From: a virus
Lineage: Duplodnaviria > Caudoviricetes
Reading direction: 5' to 3' (one strand)
Virus record (IMG/VR): IMGVR_UViG_2836880742_000002
Location: 24,509-88,508 of that record
Length of the DNA: 64,000 bases
A program made the translations under genes and the position numbers. The number at the start of each line of letters is the position of its first letter. Within the stretch, counting starts at the first letter, position 1. The notes below the pieces were generated by a model that was not told where the DNA came from, ran no database searches, and saw only the letters and a list, made by a program, of their open reading frames with translations. Positions 40,173 to 49,836 of the stretch are shown here, piece after piece.

Positions 40173-40589
40173 TCAAAATCCCCTTTCCTTATACTTGGTT
40201 ACACATTCATTTAGCTGTTCCCTTGCTTCCTCCACAATCTTTTGACATGCCCTGATTTCTGCCATTTCATCTTCTGACAGTCGCGGGCATCCTTTGAGCC
40301 ATGAGGAATAATTGCATCCGTTCGTGCCGAGGGAATGGCATTCCAGGGTGTAGCCATACCAACGCAGCAGTTCCCCTTCGGGGGCGTTTTCTTTCAGGTC
40401 GGTGACTATCACGTCCATGTCGAAGAAATAGTCTCCGCAACATACGGTTTCTCCCACGCACCCGGCGACCCAACTTTTGCGGGCATCCTCATAGTCGAAG
40501 CCGTGCTTCTCACAGAAGGCTTCCAACAAGTCGTTGCAGGAATCGTAATAAACGAAAAGCAATCTTAAATTATCATCGGGTTTGTTCAT
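40173..40589 (-). CDS. Hypothetical phage protein
   Basis: FC.KH..WV..G; NY.SWLKGCPR; ORF-track extension overlaps a terminator. Confidence 0.6.
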   Translation of the reverse strand: MNKPDDNLRLLFVYYDSCNDLLEAFCEKHGFDYEDARKSWVAGCVGETVCCGDYFFDMDVIVTDLKENAPEGELLRWYGYTLECHSLGTNGCNYSSWLKGCPRLSEDEMAEIRACQKIVEEAREQLNECVTKYKERGF

Positions 40590-40650
40590 ATTAAATATTT
40601 TTTTCGGGTTTATATATAACAAGAAGCCCGGCACGGTAGGTGTCGGGTAT

Positions 40651-40685
40651 AAAAAAGAGCACCGGAAACGGGAATCCGGTGCTCT
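40651..40685 (-). terminator. Intrinsic terminator after hicB
   Basis: GAGCACCGG..CCGGTGCTC followed by T run. Confidence 0.75.
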
Positions 40686-40711
40686 CATGTGTCTGAAATC
40701 CAAAGCAGGGG

Positions 40712-41116
40712 CTATACGAGTTTCAGACGGGATAATTCTTCTCCGAGGACGTGTATGCCGTCCTCTATTCGTTTGAGCTGGTTTTCTGATATATAAGTAT
40801 CTCCTTTCTTATATTGGCGCATAAGTGTCTCGTTAATTCCGAGATAACGGGCTAATGCGCTGACATTAATCATATTGTAATATTCAAATAGCGATGCTAT
40901 GTCGAACTTGAATACGGGTTCTTCATTGAGGGAACATGGGATTGGTATCCCGTTTTCCTTGCAAGCATCAACAGTTTCGTGCATGGAATTAAAGAAATCA
41001 TCTTTCGCACCGTTTACGGTACTCCCATTTCCGACAAGTACGACTTCATCGTCATTCGTGTTATAGGCGATGTAAGTTCCGTCCTTTTGCTTTTCAATCG
41101 TTACATTCAATCTCAT
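40712..41116 (-). CDS. hicB: HicB antitoxin
   Basis: IE...DG.Y..G.G.TV..AK fold plus C-terminal HTH. Confidence 0.85.
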   Translation of the reverse strand: MRLNVTIEKQKDGTYIAYNTNDDEVVLVGNGSTVNGAKDDFFNSMHETVDACKENGIPIPCSLNEEPVFKFDIASLFEYYNMINVSALARYLGINETLMRQYKKGDTYISENQLKRIEDGIHVLGEELSRLKLV

Positions 41117-41151
41117 AATCGTATATTTTTACCTGAAAGAGGAACCGGGCA

Positions 41152-41334
41152 TTAAAACCCGATTTCTCTTTTCAGCTTGTTCATCAAGCCGGGACGCACT
41201 TCTTGCGACCAATGGCGTTCAATCTGGATGATTTTTCCTGTATCCCTATTCACATAGATGTCGTGCCGACTTCCATGTTTAAGGAACTCAAATCCGTTTT
41301 CAACCGCCTTCTTCTTCATCTCATTCCAATTCAT
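41152..41334 (-). CDS. hicA: HicA toxin
   Basis: GF....HG.RHD..RH...E...G. Confidence 0.85.
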   Translation of the reverse strand: MNWNEMKKKAVENGFEFLKHGSRHDIYVNRDTGKIIQIERHWSQEVRPGLMNKLKREIGF

Positions 41335-41425
41335 AGCCCCTATGCTTTGATTTACATTGCAAATGTATATCGTTTACGTTATATACGCAAAGAAAAAACA
41401 CTTTATTTTCATGATTATCCTATTT

Positions 41426-41775
41426 TTAACTTTTGGGATGCCGTTCATCTTCCACATCCTTTGCGTAATAGTCCAACATTCCATAGTTCGTAAGTATCTT
41501 CTTGTCATAAATACGTGCGGCTTCCATTTCGAGTGCGCATCCTTTGGATTCCACCCATCCGGACAGGACAAGGACCGCATCTCATTCAAGCAATGCGGTG
41601 ATGCCGCACCCGATGTGTACGGCATAACTTGATTCGGGGTCGGGAGACACTTCCAAAGGCGACACCGCCTTGAAGCCATGTTTTTCTATCTGTGCGGCAG
41701 CTGACTTTATGGCCGATCCACATCTTCAATGTCCCGTCCGCTGATGGGAAGGCTTATGTAGATTCTATTCTTCAT
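41426..41775 (-). pseudogene. DUF4406-like pseudogene (frameshift near 41716 plus in-frame TGA near 41583)
   Basis: MKNRIYISLPISG.. / ..SPLE..LLE*DAV..GW..SKGC.LE..A. Confidence 0.75.
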
Positions 41776-41779
41776 TGTT

Positions 41780-42346
41780 TCAATACTTTTTATTTCCGTG
41801 TTTAAAACTCCTAAGTTCGTTGTAGCGCATCTTCTGCCCCACGTGCCACTCGATGTCTATTTCCTGTGCGGCGCAGAAAGAGAAGATTTCGTTCAGGACG
41901 GAATGTACCTTGTCTTCCAACACATCGTCGTCCGTACATCCGCCCGTGATTTCCCTTGTGATGGAGAACATGGCTTCCGTGAACGGAATCCCTTCATAAT
42001 CGAACGTATCGCTTTCTTCGTAATCGAAGTTTTCCAAATCGATTCTTTTCAGTCCGGCAAGGTCGAGCAGGCGTATCACGGCATCGGCAAGTTCGTCCTC
42101 GACCGTGTCTTTGATGTATTCGTCGAAAGCGACCTTGTAGGCATGTTCCGGGTCTTTTGTGAAACGTGATATGAAATCTTCAAACGGATTCCTGAACGCG
42201 TGCATCCTTTTCCGGTCGGCTTCCAAGGCTTCCATCAGTTCGGATATGACGAGGCAGAGGTAATGTTCGTTACTATATTCTTCTTCGTGCCAACCGTGTT
42301 CGCAGGCTGTCTTATAGGCACGGTCTCTCAGTTCGTTCAAGTTCAT
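41780..42346 (-). CDS. MazG-like NTP pyrophosphohydrolase
   Basis: SEL.EA.EA.R, EDELADA.IR..D, KM.YN. Confidence 0.8.
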   Translation of the reverse strand: MNLNELRDRAYKTACEHGWHEEEYSNEHYLCLVISELMEALEADRKRMHAFRNPFEDFISRFTKDPEHAYKVAFDEYIKDTVEDELADAVIRLLDLAGLKRIDLENFDYEESDTFDYEGIPFTEAMFSITREITGGCTDDDVLEDKVHSVLNEIFSFCAAQEIDIEWHVGQKMRYNELRSFKHGNKKY

Positions 42347-42486
42347 GTTTCAATCCTCCTTATTTTCATTTTTGATACTAATGAAACTATTATGGCTAAA
42401 TGGAAAGGGAATACAGATAATGAGTATTACCGTACCGAGCCAATGGAAAAAGTCCTGAAATATAAATTCTAAGATTTCTAACATAC

Positions 42487-42855
42487 TCATTCCTCCGTAT
42501 TAGGTATCAAATCCTCGATGTATGCCCAAGCTATCATATTATCATTTTCTTGATATATAACATTATAATCACTATCGCAAGTAAAACTATGTTGGGTTAA
42601 CATCATAAAATCGTTTTCTGTATCATGTAAAATCACAAATGCCCTAAATGGCTGTGGTACATCTTTTGCATCATGCCACACGCTGTTGATGCGCCAGTTG
42701 GCTCCGGCCTTAAATGCCCTTTTTCCACGTTCAATCCTTGACTTGGTGATTTCATCTTTCGCCCATACTTTTGCTGCTTTTTCAATATCTTCTCGTTTCA
42801 TATCATATAATTTTAAGAAATGGGCATATCCTGTTGAATAGCGTAAAGTGTCCAA
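42487..42855 (-). CDS. Hypothetical phage protein (probable start MKRED about 42801)
   Basis: F.AGA.W..WH..WAY..DL.P motif. Confidence 0.6.
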   Translation of the reverse strand: MDTLRYSTGYAHFLKLYDMKREDIEKAAKVWAKDEITKSRIERGKRAFKAGANWRINSVWHDAKDVPQPFRAFVILHDTENDFMMLTQHSFTCDSDYNVIYQENDNMIAWAYIEDLIPNTEE

Positions 42856-42931
42856 TTTTAAACTATCATGGAGTTGGATATGCCCATTTAATTTGCTACT
42901 TTTGTTTGTCCAATTTTAAATTTTTTCATTC

Positions 42932-43684
42932 ATGGAAGCATTTATTCCTGTTAGCCCGAACATGGTCTTTGAGCCGAATCCTGCATTTGGGAACTTTGAC
43001 AATGGGATTATATTTGGCTTGTTCCGTCTTGTCGATGAGAACTTCTCGAAAGCTTTGGAAAAAAATCCATATTCGTCCAAACCGTGTATAATATCGTACA
43101 ACCATTTTTTAGACATGCCTATGTGCTGCCGTGAGGGAGACTGTCACCATATCTATCTTCGTTGTGAGAGTAATTTTTGGTGTCAGTGGATGTTTCAGTT
43201 TGCCCATGAATATTGCCACCATCTGATTGACGGGGAATTGACAGGCGACATTTCCGGCCTAATATGGTTTGAGGAATGCGTATGTGAACTGTCATCCATG
43301 TACCATCTCCGAAATCTGGCTCTGTACTTTGCCACGAGCAGCCAAGAACATCTTCTGCGTTATGCCCCTTCAGTCCACAACTATCTCGGTGGACTGATGG
43401 ACGTGGAGATGGAGCTTGTTTCGGAAACAAACCATCCGGGTATTCTACATAGATGGGGAACTCTTTTACAAGAGCCGAAATACCATAGGTTACATTATAG
43501 AGCCATTGCCGCGCGTATGTTTCCTCTGTTTGTGGAGAACCCCCATCTTTGGAAGATAATCCTCCATTTTGGGGACATGCGACAATGGGAGTCACCGGAT
43601 GAACTATTTCAGCATCTGCGTCAGAATGCGACTGCGGATTATGCTCATTCACTGGAAAAGCTTCATCTGTTATTACTTTCATAA
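42932..43684 (+). CDS. HExxH zinc metallopeptidase-like moron
   Basis: QFAHEYCH..WFEE; opposite to the phage strand. Confidence 0.75.
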   Translation: MEAFIPVSPNMVFEPNPAFGNFDNGIIFGLFRLVDENFSKALEKNPYSSKPCIISYNHFLDMPMCCREGDCHHIYLRCESNFWCQWMFQFAHEYCHHLIDGELTGDISGLIWFEECVCELSSMYHLRNLALYFATSSQEHLLRYAPSVHNYLGGLMDVEMELVSETNHPGILHRWGTLLQEPKYHRLHYRAIAARMFPLFVENPHLWKIILHFGDMRQWESPDELFQHLRQNATADYAHSLEKLHLLLLS

Positions 43685-43972
43685 TTATTTTATTTCCTTT
43701 CCACCTATCCCTGCAACCACCACATGACTGCCAGGAACAGGTAATATAGTTTTGTTTTACTCATCTGTTAGATAAATCTTATATTCCACCTTTTTCCTTT
43801 AAGTTGGGGAAATGTTTTCAATAGAGTGTCTTCCAATTCTTCCTCTGACATAAGAGGAACTCTGTAGGTGTATATAATATTTCCAACGTATTTTCCCTCA
43901 CTCCATACATGAATTCCTTTAGGTCTTCCTTTCATCTTCAAATCAATTTAAGTGCTTCAATTAAACTATCAT

Positions 43973-44830
43973 TCATAATTCAAAATCAATTTTCTGTTGC
44001 AATACTTCATCTGCATAGAACTTGTCGAAGCTCTTTCCGCTTATCCACCAGTTGAAGCCGAACTCCGCATCTTGGAAGTTGTGGTTGATATATCCACCAT
44101 CAATTAACTTTTGGATGGTCTGAATCCACTTATGTTTGGCATGGGGAAAACGTTGGCAATCTTTAATCTTTTGTTTGTAATTCGACATCGGGCATAAAAT
44201 GCAGCCAATCCGTCTGTAACCTTCATCGTACAATGAACAATGCGGAACCTTCACCACCTCGTTAAGGAACTCCCAGACATCACGCTCAGTCCAGTAGATG
44301 ATTGGTGAAATTAATATCTTGTCCTTCCCCCCTACACAAATTGCCATTGTTTCTTCGTGTTCTTCCCACTGGTCGAACGTTCCGCTGAACGATGCTTTGC
44401 CATTTTTGCCGGTCTCAAATTCATTACGTTTAGCGCGTCTTGTGCTTTCCTGCTTGCGGATGCCTGTCAGCGTAACCTTTCCTGCACCGGATGTTTCCTT
44501 GAACTCGGCACAACACCATCTTATCGTTCTTGTTGGAATTAAATGATTTTTCAATGCCATGTCGTAAATTGACATCTTCGGCTTTATCAGTTCCACATCG
44601 GGATATTGTTTCTTAACGAAGCGGATAACTTCCGGTGGGTCAACGCTTGTAAGGTTCATGTGCGCCTTGAACTTCACACCGGCCATTTGCGCGATGTGGT
44701 AAAGGGCTTGACTATCCTTGCCACCGGAGAAAGCCAGATAAAACCCATTTTCGGGGTCTAAACGCAAAGCCATGGGTTCGGCCTTGCGCAAAAGGTTGAT
44801 GGAGTAGTCTATATTTTTATCCAATTTCAT
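43973..44830 (-). CDS. PAPS reductase family protein
   Basis: AFSGGKDS, WCC..KE, GIR..ES..R, RIGC..CP. Confidence 0.9.
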   Translation of the reverse strand: MKLDKNIDYSINLLRKAEPMALRLDPENGFYLAFSGGKDSQALYHIAQMAGVKFKAHMNLTSVDPPEVIRFVKKQYPDVELIKPKMSIYDMALKNHLIPTRTIRWCCAEFKETSGAGKVTLTGIRKQESTRRAKRNEFETGKNGKASFSGTFDQWEEHEETMAICVGGKDKILISPIIYWTERDVWEFLNEVVKVPHCSLYDEGYRRIGCILCPMSNYKQKIKDCQRFPHAKHKWIQTIQKLIDGGYINHNFQDAEFGFNWWISGKSFDKFYADEVLQQKIDFEL

Positions 44831-45588
44831 AATTCAAACAGTTCTTTTTGTACATATACATTGCCGTTTCTCAGTCTAATTTCTCCCAAACACTCTTCCC
44901 GAAATCGTTTCTCCTGCGCATCGAAATACTCTTTGTCTATTTCCGTCCCGTAGAAATCGAAGCCCATCTTGTAGGCGGCTATCCGGCTGCTCCCGCTACC
45001 TAAATGGGTATCGAGTACCTTATCACCGGGATTCGCAAACTTCTTCAATATCCAATGATATAAAGCAACAGGTTTCTGTGTAGGATGTATCTTTGCTTCT
45101 TTGTTCGCACCTCCGGTATTCGACAGGTGTATGATAGCTGAAGGACAATCAAATGAAGTCCATGCCAGTTCAATCTGCGAAAAATTTTCCCAAGGCTGTA
45201 TCTTGTCCCAACATAAGATACCGCGTGTCGGTGGCAAAGGGAAATAATTGCCTCCCCATATTATCTGATTCCGGCTAACCCTGAACAATTCGTCAAAATA
45301 CTCTTTGGGAGGTGGCGAAAAGTCCCAATCACATGACATCATGTTTAATGCCCGGCCTTTTAACTTTCCGGCACCCCTGTTCAAACGTCCCTTCTTCAAT
45401 CTCTGAGCAACGCTTTCACCATTATAACCTCCATGTTTACGGTTCATGTTGGTACCCATATTCATATTCGGAGCATTAATCCCATAAGGAGGATCAACGA
45501 TGGCCAGTTCAAAGGACTTGTCGGGAACGGACTTCATGTATTCCATGCAGTCCATGTTATATACTTCACTTATCGGGTGTGTATTCAT
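44827..45588 (-). CDS. Amino (N6/N4) DNA methyltransferase, beta class
   Basis: DPPY..HPTQKP..D.H.GSG. Confidence 0.92.
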   Translation of the reverse strand: MNTHPISEVYNMDCMEYMKSVPDKSFELAIVDPPYGINAPNMNMGTNMNRKHGGYNGESVAQRLKKGRLNRGAGKLKGRALNMMSCDWDFSPPPKEYFDELFRVSRNQIIWGGNYFPLPPTRGILCWDKIQPWENFSQIELAWTSFDCPSAIIHLSNTGGANKEAKIHPTQKPVALYHWILKKFANPGDKVLDTHLGSGSSRIAAYKMGFDFYGTEIDKEYFDAQEKRFREECLGEIRLRNGNVYVQKELFEL

Positions 45589-46684
45589 AGGTCTCTTGTA
45601 TTGCTTTGAATATTTCGTAAACCACTTGCGGTACTACTGCGTTTCCGTAGGCTTTGATGGATTCCTGCCGCCATTTAGGAAAGGTGATACCGTCCAGTCT
45701 ACCGGAAATCCCATCATCTCCGCTACGAACAGGGGATTGAGTTGGGAAACCTGTCCATGCTGACGGGCCACGAAGTTTTTCAACTCTCCCATCCGGCTCT
45801 TTCCGTCCTTGCGGTCTTTCGGCGTCCCGGAAAAAATGTCGCTCGCAGTGGGCGTTGGAAGCATCCCGTTTACCGCCATAGCTGTAAGCCCTTTCCCCAT
45901 TTGGCTGCCGGGGTTGTACTTGGTTGTACACTTCTCCCCCTCTGTTGCATTGGGTGTCGGAAGAAGTCCATGGAAGTCCATCCAGTCCGTCAAGCCGTTC
46001 GGCCTCGTTTCCCCGTTCTTCCTGCTGTGGAAGGTGTTCCCTCCGGCTTTCCTCAATTCTTCCACTCGCTGCGCATGGCGTACATCGGTCGCCATCGGGG
46101 TTGGCAGCAAGCCTTGCAACAAACCAGATCCTGTCCCTCCTGTGCGGTGCTCCGACGGCACAAGCCGGAATAAGAAACGGTTGGACGGAATATCCTTCAC
46201 TTCCAAGGTCTCGGCAGATGGTCTCGACGACGTACTCTTGACGCAGCAATACTCTTTTTCGGTCAGCCTCTCCGAAAAGAGAGGTTTGGCTTCCCACTTC
46301 AACCTCCTCGCCGGGCTGTACCATCGTGAGGATGCCAGCAACGTTCTCGCCAACGACCCAAGAGGGCTGTATCTCCCGTATAGACCGTAGCATTTGAGGC
46401 CAGAGGTAACGGTCATCGCCCACTCCCTTTCGTTGTCCGGCAAGGCTGAAAGGTTGGCAAGGGAACCCTCCTGAAAGAACGTCGATTCTCCCCCTCCATG
46501 GGGTGAAATCGGTTTTTGTGATGTCTGCATAGTGCTCTGCATTTGGAAAATGGTGGTTTAAGATTCGTGTGCAAAATTCGTTTATCTCGCAATGGAAAAC
46601 GTTTGTCCATCCCATCCATCCGGCGGCAAGGTCAAAACCTCCAATCCCGCTGAACAAGCTGCCGTGTGTCAACTTTCTATCCAT
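45566..46684 (-). CDS. C5 cytosine methyltransferase, alpha subunit (motifs I-VIII and X)
   Basis: LFSGIGG, GFPCQ, ENV, H.R.R, YGNAVVP. Confidence 0.92.
   Translation of the reverse strand: MDRKLTHGSLFSGIGGFDLAAGWMGWTNVFHCEINEFCTRILNHHFPNAEHYADITKTDFTPWRGRIDVLSGGFPCQPFSLAGQRKGVGDDRYLWPQMLRSIREIQPSWVVGENVAGILTMVQPGEEVEVGSQTSLFGEADRKRVLLRQEYVVETICRDLGSEGYSVQPFLIPACAVGAPHRRDRIWFVARLAANPDGDRCTPCAASGRIEESRREHLPQQEERGNEAERLDGLDGLPWTSSDTQCNRGGEVYNQVQPRQPNGERAYSYGGKRDASNAHCERHFFRDAERPQGRKEPDGRVEKLRGPSAWTGFPTQSPVRSGDDGISGRLDGITFPKWRQESIKAYGNAVVPQVVYEIFKAIQETYEYTPDK
45634..46542 (-). CDS. Nested alternative-frame beta subunit (TRD repeats plus motif IX) of the C5 MTase
   Basis: Three LPTPxAxD/E repeats and LNP..E.MGFP..W motif IX. 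Confidence 0.7.
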   Translation of the reverse strand: MQSTMQTSQKPISPHGGGESTFFQEGSLANLSALPDNEREWAMTVTSGLKCYGLYGRYSPLGSLARTLLASSRWYSPARRLKWEAKPLFSERLTEKEYCCVKSTSSRPSAETLEVKDIPSNRFLFRLVPSEHRTGGTGSGLLQGLLPTPMATDVRHAQRVEELRKAGGNTFHSRKNGETRPNGLTDWMDFHGLLPTPNATEGEKCTTKYNPGSQMGKGLTAMAVNGMLPTPTASDIFSGTPKDRKDGKSRMGELKNFVARQHGQVSQLNPLFVAEMMGFPVDWTVSPFLNGGRNPSKPTETQ

Positions 46685-47357
46685 CGATTCCGAACTTAAT
46701 CTTAATCAGGTTGATGATGGCTTTATATTGCTTCTCGTAGATTGTGCCTTTATGCGTCTCCTCTACTTTCTTCTCGAACTCCTCCAGGCTTCCACGGAAA
46801 CAGCCGCAGGTTATTTCGACTTTATTTCCCTTTGTCTTATAAGCATGCGTATGTCGGTTGCATGAACCGAAACAATCAAAGCCACAGTGCATGTGATTGT
46901 TCTCAACCCGAGCATCGCCGGACACCTGAGCATCGCCGGACACCCAAGCATCGCCGGACACCTGAGCATCGCCGTACACCTGAGCATCGCCGGACACCCA
47001 AGCTTTGCCGTACACCTGAGCATCGCCGGACACCCAAGCTTTGCCGTACACCCGAGCATCGCCGTACACCTGAGCATCGCCGGACACCCAAGCATCGCCG
47101 GACACCCGAGCATCGCCGTACACCTGAGCATCGCCGGACACCCAAGCATCGCCGGACACCTGAGCATCGCCGTACACCTGAGCATCGCCGGACACCCAAG
47201 CGTCGCCGTACTGAGAAAGGTTATCTTCTTTTTCCACATACCCACCTAAATCACCCTCATTGGCATATTTGAAGGATTTGGTACACTTGATTTGGAACAG
47301 TCCGATTCCAAAGGCATTTATCACGAATTTGTCTGTAAGTTCAAATTTCTTTTCCAT
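46677..47357 (-). CDS. Hexapeptide-repeat (beta-helix) phage protein
   Basis: G..GG..E...NL, GDA(W/Q/R)V(S/Y) repeats, CGCF.G...EF. Confidence 0.85.
   Translation of the reverse strand: MEKKFELTDKFVINAFGIGLFQIKCTKSFKYANEGDLGGYVEKEDNLSQYGDAWVSGDAQVYGDAQVSGDAWVSGDAQVYGDARVSGDAWVSGDAQVYGDARVYGKAWVSGDAQVYGKAWVSGDAQVYGDAQVSGDAWVSGDAQVSGDARVENNHMHCGFDCFGSCNRHTHAYKTKGNKVEITCGCFRGSLEEFEKKVEETHKGTIYEKQYKAIINLIKIKFGIDG
46908..47211. repeat. About 17 coding 18-bp tandem repeats
   Basis: AGCATCGCCG(G/T)ACACC(TG/CA/CG) units. Confidence 0.9.
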
Positions 47358-47365
47358 TTTTATTT

Positions 47366-47887
47366 CTATTTTTCGTCTAAAAAATCAAAGGCATTGTCCA
47401 CATCAAGCCTAAGCCCAAGTTTGGAGGGAAATGACTTTATGTAGTTGTAGAACCTGAATGCAAGCTCGTCATCATCTCCGCACCTGTCTATCAGTGTAAG
47501 AAGGAGTGCATTCGTAATGTCCGCGTCACGCCCGAAGTTTTCCTGCGTGGAGCCATTCAAATGGGCTATGTCACGCTTAATGCACTTGATGGCATGGATG
47601 GCCGTATTATAGTTCCTCTTCACGTCATGGCGCAAGGCGCAACCTTGCTTCTTGAATGCTTCCTGCATGTCCATGAGGTTGGTTTCCAACACATCGGTCA
47701 GTATGTAAACGATGTTGGTCAGTGTATTTAAGTTGTCTGTTCCTTGTTGCATGTCAAAATAATGTTTTTTGGATTCTTGATAGTACGTATTTGTTGGCCT
47801 TGTTGTAAAAATCCTTTTTGATTTCAAAACCGTAAGCCTTGCGCCCGCATTCGGCTGCGGCAAGAAGCGTGCTGCCACTTCCGGCAC
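47366..47887 (-). CDS. Hypothetical phage protein (probable start MQQG about 47752)
   Basis: Q..FG.DAD..LIDRCG motif. Confidence 0.55.
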   Translation of the reverse strand: MPEVAARFLPQPNAGARLTVLKSKRIFTTRPTNTYYQESKKHYFDMQQGTDNLNTLTNIVYILTDVLETNLMDMQEAFKKQGCALRHDVKRNYNTAIHAIKCIKRDIAHLNGSTQENFGRDADITNALLLTLIDRCGDDDELAFRFYNYIKSFPSKLGLRLDVDNAFDFLDEK

Positions 47888-48539
47888 AAGGGTCTATCAC
47901 CACGTCGCCACGGTCGGTGAATATCTCTATGAGGCGGCGCAACAGGGGCACGGGCTTTTGCGTGGGATGGCATTTCGGGGTGTCTTTGTCCCTCACCCAG
48001 TCAAAACAGTTGAATATCATGCGCCCGTCATTGTTGAATTTGGGAAGCTTGTTGCGGTACAGGAGAAGCCCGTATTCGCAGTTGCCCACTATTTTCATGT
48101 TGGATTTCAACACCTGTGCCGAAAAATCTTTCCTGAATACAAGGTTGATGTATTTACAAAGGCCGTACCTCCGTCCCAATTCAATGTAGCGGAATTGGTC
48201 TTCAAACTCGCAAAAGATAATCATGCAGGGGGATTTTCCCTTTTCTTTCGGTTCTTTCACAAGGAACTGTGAACAGAAGTGCATGAACTCTGCCGGGCGA
48301 AAGTCCTTGTCGGTGTCGAAGAACGATTTCCCGGCCTTGTCGCTTTCCCCTTTCTTGTTGTCACCGTCCACGTACCATGCAGGATTGCTTGCATAGGCGT
48401 TCGCGGCGAGGTTATACGGCACGTCGGCGATGATTAGCTGTGCCTTCGGAATTTGGTAACGCTTCCAGTTTTGGAAGTTGTCGTTGAATAGTTCGATGTC
48501 TTTCATTCGTTTGAATTGTTTGTGGTCAGTAGCTTTCAC
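47754..48539 (-). CDS. Amino DNA methyltransferase, beta class
   Basis: DVPY..HPTQKP..DPCAGSG. Confidence 0.9.
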   Translation of the reverse strand: MKATDHKQFKRMKDIELFNDNFQNWKRYQIPKAQLIIADVPYNLAANAYASNPAWYVDGDNKKGESDKAGKSFFDTDKDFRPAEFMHFCSQFLVKEPKEKGKSPCMIIFCEFEDQFRYIELGRRYGLCKYINLVFRKDFSAQVLKSNMKIVGNCEYGLLLYRNKLPKFNNDGRMIFNCFDWVRDKDTPKCHPTQKPVPLLRRLIEIFTDRGDVVIDPCAGSGSTLLAAAECGRKAYGFEIKKDFYNKANKYVLSRIQKTLF

Positions 48540-49047
48540 CGCTTGACGTGGACGCGGTGAGCGGGATGAAATAACGGCATGAGGGATCTTTGGGGCGCAC
48601 GTACTTGTAATCCCCGTGGCGGCCTTTCACATGCCAACAGCGGCACTTGTACTCACCTGCGCAATAATGGGTGCATTCGCAGCAATGGCATGACGGGTCG
48701 TAGGGGCCATAATCGGCGGGCTTCCACTTTTCTTGCGGTCCGGGATGCCCTTCTTCCCCGATGGCCTTTGGTGACGCTTTCGGCCTGACGGGCTTTTTCT
48801 TCTTCGGTTGAGGGACGCGGCGTTTAAGCCCGATGGAGCTTGCCTTCTGGTATATCCCTTGAACCGTGTGCCTGTATAGCCATGCGGAAAGCTCGCGTGT
48901 CGGCATGGTGCCGTAATGCGCCTGAAGGAACTCCAGTTCTGCCGGTGTCCATTGGTTGTCTGAATAGTTCATGTCAAGATGGTTTTTTGAACCTGATTTG
49001 TATGAATCCCCGTCTTTCGGTTTCCCGGAGCAATTCCATATCCTCAT
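48526..49047 (-). CDS. HTH plus Cys-rich hypothetical protein
   Basis: WT..E..FL..Y and CxxC clusters. Confidence 0.5.
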   Translation of the reverse strand: MRIWNCSGKPKDGDSYKSGSKNHLDMNYSDNQWTPAELEFLQAHYGTMPTRELSAWLYRHTVQGIYQKASSIGLKRRVPQPKKKKPVRPKASPKAIGEEGHPGPQEKWKPADYGPYDPSCHCCECTHYCAGEYKCRCWHVKGRHGDYKYVRPKDPSCRYFIPLTASTSSGESY

Positions 49048-49165
49048 CCCTTATGTCGGCTTTCGTCTCCTTGTTGACGGTCATGCCACAAGGGATGCAG
49101 AAACGCTTCCTGATACGGGCGCGTATGGATTCGTCTTTCGTGGACCAGTAAATCGTCAGTCTCAT
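48974..49165 (-). CDS. Small hypothetical protein
   Basis: IR.RF..TVN.ET..LRE...RGFIQ. Confidence 0.55.
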   Translation of the reverse strand: MRLTIYWSTKDESIRARIRKRFCIPCGMTVNKETKADIRDEDMELLRETERRGFIQIRFKKPS

Positions 49166-49836
49166 GGCGTGGTGAGTTGCTTTATGGCTTCCTTGTCGCC
49201 CATGGAGGCACGGTGTTTGATTGCAAGGTATTCTGGATAAGTTACTCCTTCCGTTTCTTCCGCCGGATAGCGTTCCTTGAACTTATCAGCATATTTCATG
49301 CTTTCTGACTGTGCCACTATCGTACGATGTGCATCGTATTTTTTCAGCCAATTAATAATAACCTCCCCATCCATGCGCCCGTATATCTCACCGAACTTCC
49401 CCATTTTTGCCATTTTGAAAAAAAGCTTGAAATCGTATTGCGTGTAATACGGGTATATCTCAAGTACAAGATTTATTGTATCAGCAACTTGTATTGCATC
49501 CATAGACCCGTTTACCGAATAAAAGCGCAGGAAGCTGTTCATCCACTTGACCATGAGTGCTTGCAACTTCATCGTACCAATCTCACGGGATATTCCCGAT
49601 ACGGTCAGTTGTGGGGCATTAAAGACATCAAGCACATTCTTTGGGTTAATGCTGTCCCAATATAGCATCGGCGAGGTCTTCAAGAGACTGACGGCTTGCT
49701 GCGTTGTCTTTGGAAGTCCTTCCGGGGATATAAGTTCCTGGGGACTGTACTGAATAACTTTGTTTTCCATTGATTTTCTCCCGTTTTGACCACGTAGCAA
49801 GCCGTTTGGCGACTTCCCATGTGGTTTGTTGTTCAA
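49162..49836 (-). CDS. Replication-associated protein (helicase-loader position; probable start about 49770)
   Basis: Follows the initiator; G..G..YG..D motif. Confidence 0.55.
   Translation of the reverse strand: MNNKPHGKSPNGLLRGQNGRKSMENKVIQYSPQELISPEGLPKTTQQAVSLLKTSPMLYWDSINPKNVLDVFNAPQLTVSGISREIGTMKLQALMVKWMNSFLRFYSVNGSMDAIQVADTINLVLEIYPYYTQYDFKLFFKMAKMGKFGEIYGRMDGEVIINWLKKYDAHRTIVAQSESMKYADKFKERYPAEETEGVTYPEYLAIKHRASMGDKEAIKQLTTP

Noticed and set aside
46908-47211. 18-bp tandem array as a CRISPR or non-coding repeat
   Set aside because: No spacers; the units encode in-frame hexapeptide repeats of a common phage protein, and the overlapping repeat ORFs are shadows
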